Source: an uncultured Bacilli bacterium (GTDB lineage: Bacteria; Bacillota_I; Bacilli_A; RF39; UBA660). From it: a stretch of 64,000 bases of DNA. Numbering within the stretch: position 1 is the first letter of the stretch; each line of letters starts with the position of its first letter. The stretch is from assembly GCA_947626095.1 (NCBI GenBank), contig CANQQV010000007.1, forward strand, positions 1 through 64,000, given 5' to 3'. The notes below the pieces were generated by a model. The model saw only the letters and a list, made by a program, of their open reading frames with translations, searched no databases and was not told the DNA's origin. The translations under genes were made by a program, and so were the position numbers. Positions 59,693-64,000 of the stretch are shown here, piece after piece.

Positions 59693-61108
59693 CTAATCCC
59701 CCTTATAAGGAATAATTCGATAAGTATCATTTTCTAAACTTAGTAAATTTTCTTCTTCTACTTTATCATAATCTCTAAAATAACCACTATAATGATAGAA
59801 AATTATTCCTTTATAATTATTCATAAAATTATGATTTTTAACAACGACAACATTCTTATAATCTTTTAATATTTTCAAATATTCTATATCATCAAACAAA
59901 TAAACTTTATCAAAATTTGGAAATAATTCTGGTACCTTTTCAAAACGATCTGTATTTTCTGCTGAACCAAATTTTCTAATTACTAATATCTTCTTTTTAT
60001 ATTTATTCTTACTTAATTGTTTTAATCTTTCATAAGTAGTTACATCCCCATCAAAGAATACTTGTTTACCAAAAATATTTACTTTATTTATTCTATTCTC
60101 TACTGGTACATAACTATTTAAAGCCTCTACTATATTTTTCTTATTAACTCCTAAATACTTCCCTACTTTATAAGCTAAAGCATATTGTAAAAGTGATAAG
60201 TCTGTAAGTAAATAAGGTTTTATATAATGACCTTCAATCATAAAGCCATCATCTTTATAAGATACATTCGTATTAAACGTTAATAACTCCTCTAAATTAG
60301 AAGTAAATAACTTCTTATCATCATAATAGATATCTTTATCTCTTAAACTGATTCTTTTAATATATTTATCTTTAATATTATAAAAACCTACTTTAGCATT
60401 TCTAAATATCTCTGCTTTATTTATGGCTAAATCCTCTATTGTATCCATTCCATCTTTATGTAAATGTGATGAATCTAATTGTAAAAAGCAAGCCACATCT
60501 GGTTTAAGTAATGTACTTAATACTTTAACATGATCTTTAAAATAAATTGAATTTTCTAATACCACATACTCAGTATCCCTTTTAAGTAGATTTATAATAT
60601 GTGCTTTAAGTAAAATTGGTGTAATTCTTTTATGATATATACGCTCTACTTTATATTTTTTTGCTAAAACTTTTTCTATTAAACCAACACTAGTGGTTTT
60701 ACCTACACTACCTGTAACTGCTACGACCTTTGGTTTTACTTCCCTTAATACATGTTCATACAATTTATCTATTTCTTCTAATATATTATCTACTACTAAG
60801 TAATTATATTTTTCATTATCAAATAACGATAACATATCTTTTTCAATAACATATGTATATTCGGGATGTTTCTCCATTATCTCTTTTATCTTTGGGCGAT
60901 AATCAACGTAATTAGGCACCCAACCATCTTCAATATCATATTGGGTAAAATAAATTGGGAAAAACAAGATATTTTTAGCTTCTTTTTCATATTGCTCATC
61001 TAAATAAACAATTCTTAAATAATCAAAAACAATATCTTTATCGTTAAGATGTTCATCAATAATACTACATATTTTCTTTAATTCATATAATGAATACTTA
61101 TTGGTCAT
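59693..61108 (-). CDS. Mur ligase family protein (MurF-like, divergent)
   Basis: VVAVTGSVGKTT, YVVLE, LKPDVA, SHL, NKAEIF and ENR motifs. Confidence 0.72.
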   Translation of the reverse strand: MTNKYSLYELKKICSIIDEHLNDKDIVFDYLRIVYLDEQYEKEAKNILFFPIYFTQYDIEDGWVPNYVDYRPKIKEIMEKHPEYTYVIEKDMLSLFDNEKYNYLVVDNILEEIDKLYEHVLREVKPKVVAVTGSVGKTTSVGLIEKVLAKKYKVERIYHKRITPILLKAHIINLLKRDTEYVVLENSIYFKDHVKVLSTLLKPDVACFLQLDSSHLHKDGMDTIEDLAINKAEIFRNAKVGFYNIKDKYIKRISLRDKDIYYDDKKLFTSNLEELLTFNTNVSYKDDGFMIEGHYIKPYLLTDLSLLQYALAYKVGKYLGVNKKNIVEALNSYVPVENRINKVNIFGKQVFFDGDVTTYERLKQLSKNKYKKKILVIRKFGSAENTDRFEKVPELFPNFDKVYLFDDIEYLKILKDYKNVVVVKNHNFMNNYKGIIFYHYSGYFRDYDKVEEENLLSLENDTYRIIPYKGD

Positions 61109-61140
61109 TAAACCATCTCTTTCATTAATATTATTATAAC

Positions 61141-61176
61141 AAAAAAGTAGATTTAATTCCTTTAAATCTACTTTTT
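61141..61176 (-). terminator. Terminator after leuS
   Basis: AAAAAGTAGATTTAA...TTAAATCTACTTTTT inverted repeat. Confidence 0.7.
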
Positions 61177-61181
61177 ACTTT

Positions 61182-63602
61182 CTACTTAACGACAATATTA
61201 ACTATTTTACCTTTAACAACTATTACTTTAACAACTTCTTTACCTTCCATAAACTTAATTACATTAGGTTCAGCCATTGCTTTAGCTTTAACACTTTCTT
61301 CATCTTCATCAACACTAATTGTAATAGAAGCTCTTAATTTACCATTTACTTGAACGCCAATTGTTCTTTCATTATCTACCGTTTTAGCTTCATCATAAGT
61401 TGGCCACTTACTATTACATATAGGTTCATAACCAATTTGTTCATTTAGTTCTTCTGTAACATGTGGTGCTAAAGGATTTAATAATGTTAATAAGACATGA
61501 TAATCTTCTTTCGTGATACTTTCTTTATCATCATAAGCATTAGCTAAAATCATTAAAGTTGAAACAACCGTATTATAAGCCATATGGGTTAAATCATATT
61601 CAACCTTTTTAATACTCTTATGAATTAAACTTTCTAAGTCTTTAGAATATTCTTTACCATCTACTACTTTATCTTTTAATCTAACTACTTTATCAATAAA
61701 ACGTTTACATCCTCTTAATGAATCAGTACTCCATGGAGCATCTTGTTCATAATCACCCATAAACATTTCATAAACTCTTAAAGTATCGGCCCCATATTCT
61801 TTAACAATATCATCAGGATTTATAACATTGCCTTTTGACTTACTCATCTTTTCATTATTAGAACCTAATACCATACCATGACTAACTCTTGTCCATATCA
61901 TTTCTTTATTAGGTACTAAGCCAATATTGTATAAGAATTGGACCCAGAATCTTGCATATAATAAGTGTCTTGCAGTATGTTCCATCCCACCATTATACCA
62001 ATCTACTCTATTCCAATACTTCATGGCATCCATTGAAGCAAATTCTTTATCATTATGCGCATCCATAAATCTTAAGAAGTACCAACTAGATCCTGCCCAG
62101 TTAGGCATTGTATCTGTTTCTCTTCTCGCTTTACCACCACAACAAGGACAAGTGGTATTAACCCAATCAGTTATATTAGCTAATGGACTTTCTCCATCTT
62201 CAGTTGGTTCATACTCTGCTACATCTGGTAATAACAATGGTAAATCTTTTTCATCCATTGGTTGCCATCCACATTTTTCACAATATATCATTGGAATTGG
62301 TTCACCCCAGAATCTTTGTCTAGAGAAGATCCAATCACGCATCTTGTAATTATTTACAACACGTCCAATACCTTTTTCTTCTAACATCTTCGTTAAAGCT
62401 TCTTTAGCTTCTTTAACTGTTAAACCACTATATTCTTCAGAATTAACTAATCTGGCCTCTGGATTTTCTAAATAATCATATTTTTCATAAGCTTTTTCTT
62501 CTAAGTTACCACCCGTAATAACTTCTACTATTTCTAGGTTATGAACTTTAGCATATTCATAATCTCTTTGATCATGAGCTGGAACAGCCATAACTGCTCC
62601 TGTTCCATAATCACCTAAGACAAAGTCACCTAAGAAAATAGGAACTTCTTTACCAGTAACTGGATTAATTGCTTTAATACCTTTAACTTCAACACCAGTC
62701 TTACCTTTATTTAATTCTGTACGATCCATATTAGATTTCTTACTAGTTTCTTCTATATAAGCTAATACTTCATCTTTATTTTCTACTCTTGGCATTAATT
62801 CTTTAATTAATTTACCATCTGGTGCAATAACAAAGAATGTAATACCATAAATCGTTTCAATACAAGTTGTAAATATTGAAAATTTACCACCACCAACGAT
62901 ATCGACATCTACTTCAACACCAGTTGATTTACCAATCCAATTTATTTGGCCTAATTTAACTTTTTCAGCAAAATTTGTATCATCTAAGCCCTTTAATAAG
63001 TCTTCAGCATAATCACTCATTCTTAACATCCATTGCGCTTTTTCTTTTTGAATAACTGGACTACCACAACGTTCACAAACACCACCAGCTGCATCTTCAT
63101 TAGACAATACTGATTTACAAGTAGGACACCAGTTTACTGGAATTGTATCTTTATAAGCCATTCCATGTTTATAAAATTGTAAAAATTGCCACTGTGTCCA
63201 TTTATAATACTCTGGATCAGTTGTTGAAAACTCTCTACTCCAATCAAAAGAAAAACCGATACTCTTCATTTGATTCTTAAAAGTTACAATATTTTCTTTA
63301 ACTGCTTCTTTAGGATGAATATGATTTTTAATCGCATATTGTTCAGCCGGTGCGCCAAATGCATCCCATCCCATTGGATATAAAACATTTAATCCTTGCA
63401 TTCTTTTCATTCTGGCAATCGCATCTTGGGCCGTATAACTTCTAACATGTCCAACATGTAAACCAGATCCACTTGGATAAGGAAACTCTACTAAGATATA
63501 GTATGGTTTCTTACTCTTATCCCCATTTTTAGCTTCAAAAGTATGATTATCATCCCAATACTTTTGCCACTTTTTTTCTATTTCTGTAAAATTATATTCC
63601 AT
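61182..63602 (-). CDS. leuS: Leucine--tRNA ligase
   Basis: FPYPSG.GLHVGH, GWDAFG, GTGAVMAVPAHD, SRQRFWG, RETDTM and KMSKS motifs. Confidence 0.97.
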   Translation of the reverse strand: MEYNFTEIEKKWQKYWDDNHTFEAKNGDKSKKPYYILVEFPYPSGSGLHVGHVRSYTAQDAIARMKRMQGLNVLYPMGWDAFGAPAEQYAIKNHIHPKEAVKENIVTFKNQMKSIGFSFDWSREFSTTDPEYYKWTQWQFLQFYKHGMAYKDTIPVNWCPTCKSVLSNEDAAGGVCERCGSPVIQKEKAQWMLRMSDYAEDLLKGLDDTNFAEKVKLGQINWIGKSTGVEVDVDIVGGGKFSIFTTCIETIYGITFFVIAPDGKLIKELMPRVENKDEVLAYIEETSKKSNMDRTELNKGKTGVEVKGIKAINPVTGKEVPIFLGDFVLGDYGTGAVMAVPAHDQRDYEYAKVHNLEIVEVITGGNLEEKAYEKYDYLENPEARLVNSEEYSGLTVKEAKEALTKMLEEKGIGRVVNNYKMRDWIFSRQRFWGEPIPMIYCEKCGWQPMDEKDLPLLLPDVAEYEPTEDGESPLANITDWVNTTCPCCGGKARRETDTMPNWAGSSWYFLRFMDAHNDKEFASMDAMKYWNRVDWYNGGMEHTARHLLYARFWVQFLYNIGLVPNKEMIWTRVSHGMVLGSNNEKMSKSKGNVINPDDIVKEYGADTLRVYEMFMGDYEQDAPWSTDSLRGCKRFIDKVVRLKDKVVDGKEYSKDLESLIHKSIKKVEYDLTHMAYNTVVSTLMILANAYDDKESITKEDYHVLLTLLNPLAPHVTEELNEQIGYEPICNSKWPTYDEAKTVDNERTIGVQVNGKLRASITISVDEDEESVKAKAMAEPNVIKFMEGKEVVKVIVVKGKIVNIVVK

Positions 63603-63616
63603 TTTATTCACTCTTT

Positions 63617-64000
63617 CTAATTATGTTCTTTTAACCATTCTAAGATTACTTTAGTTGCTTCTTTTCTCTTTAAGCCATTAACCAGCTCTGAATTAACTAA
63701 AATACCATCTTTAACAATTACTCTATCTTGCATTGCATATTCATAAGTCTTATGATGTAATTCATCTTTTATTTCTTTTAAAACGGTATCTTTATCTACC
63801 CATTCAACACTAAATACTTCATCTTCATCTAAATTCTGTTTATCTTTTTTACTATTTACTAATTTAAATAAGAAACCAGTACATTCGATATTAAAGTATT
63901 TATCTTTATTAAAAGCATAATAATGATGATTTATTTTAGGCACTTCTTTTAAGAGTTTTAACTTACTATAACCTGTTTCTTCTTTTACTTCTCTTAAAGC
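63617..64000 (-). CDS. Nudix hydrolase domain protein (5' truncated) ending in a LeuRS-CP1-like tail
   Basis: The frame is open to the window end and reads ALREVKEETGY (Nudix box). The C-terminus is DGILVNSELVNGLKRKEATKVILEWLKEHN. Confidence 0.75.
   Translation of the reverse strand, partial: ALREVKEETGYSKLKLLKEVPKINHHYYAFNKDKYFNIECTGFLFKLVNSKKDKQNLDEDEVFSVEWVDKDTVLKEIKDELHHKTYEYAMQDRVIVKDGILVNSELVNGLKRKEATKVILEWLKEHN

Noticed and set aside
17432-62349. Numerous short nested or antisense ORFs in the track (e.g. 17432..17797, 29240..29596, 41106..41336, 49297..49542, 58505..58885, 61927..62349)
   Set aside because: They lie within or opposite well-supported genes, lack SD sequences and show no protein motifs.
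1-64000. Mycoplasma-type genetic code 4 (TGA=Trp), suggested by the AT richness
   Set aside because: Genes are full length under code 11, conserved Trp residues use TGG, and TGA terminates genes at ATGA overlaps (20304, 24624, 47857-47860).

Overview
A very AT-rich, gene-dense chromosomal segment of a small-genome, spore-forming monoderm Bacillota, most consistent with uncultured gut Bacilli such as RF39 (inference from gene content). Standard genetic code 11 is used: TGA acts as a stop in several ATGA overlaps. Most genes lie on the minus strand. The flanks hold tRNAs (fMet partial, Ser-TGA, Leu-TAA), housekeeping genes (trpS, tyrS with a T-box, leuS, clpB with a CIRCE, rluB, rmuC) and sporulation genes (dacB-spmA-spmB, yunB, cotS/yutH-like, cotY/Z-like). 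The centre (about 16.7-46.6 kb) is a ~30 kb co-oriented locus that joins a Tad/Flp pilus module to a type IV secretion module. The Tad part has CpaB, TadA/CpaF, TadB, TadC, a TadZ-like protein, five pilin-like genes that lack a class III leader, and a 1950-aa Cys-rich adhesin candidate. The T4SS part has two VirB2-like pilins, a VirB6-like protein, PrgI/VirB3, a split VirB4, a SpoIID+NlpC/P60 wall hydrolase, a lipoprotein and a VirD4 with a long acidic tail. An FAD oxidoreductase fused to a GT-C-like membrane protein is inserted in the middle. No relaxase, integrase, Rep or transposase is visible, so the locus looks like a resident cell-contact/secretion machine rather than a conjugative element. 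This is the main candidate for a novel system. Secondary oddities are a miniature tyrS T-box with a non-canonical terminator and a Nudix protein ending in a LeuRS editing-domain-like tail directly upstream of leuS. All family assignments come from motif recognition by eye, not from database searches.
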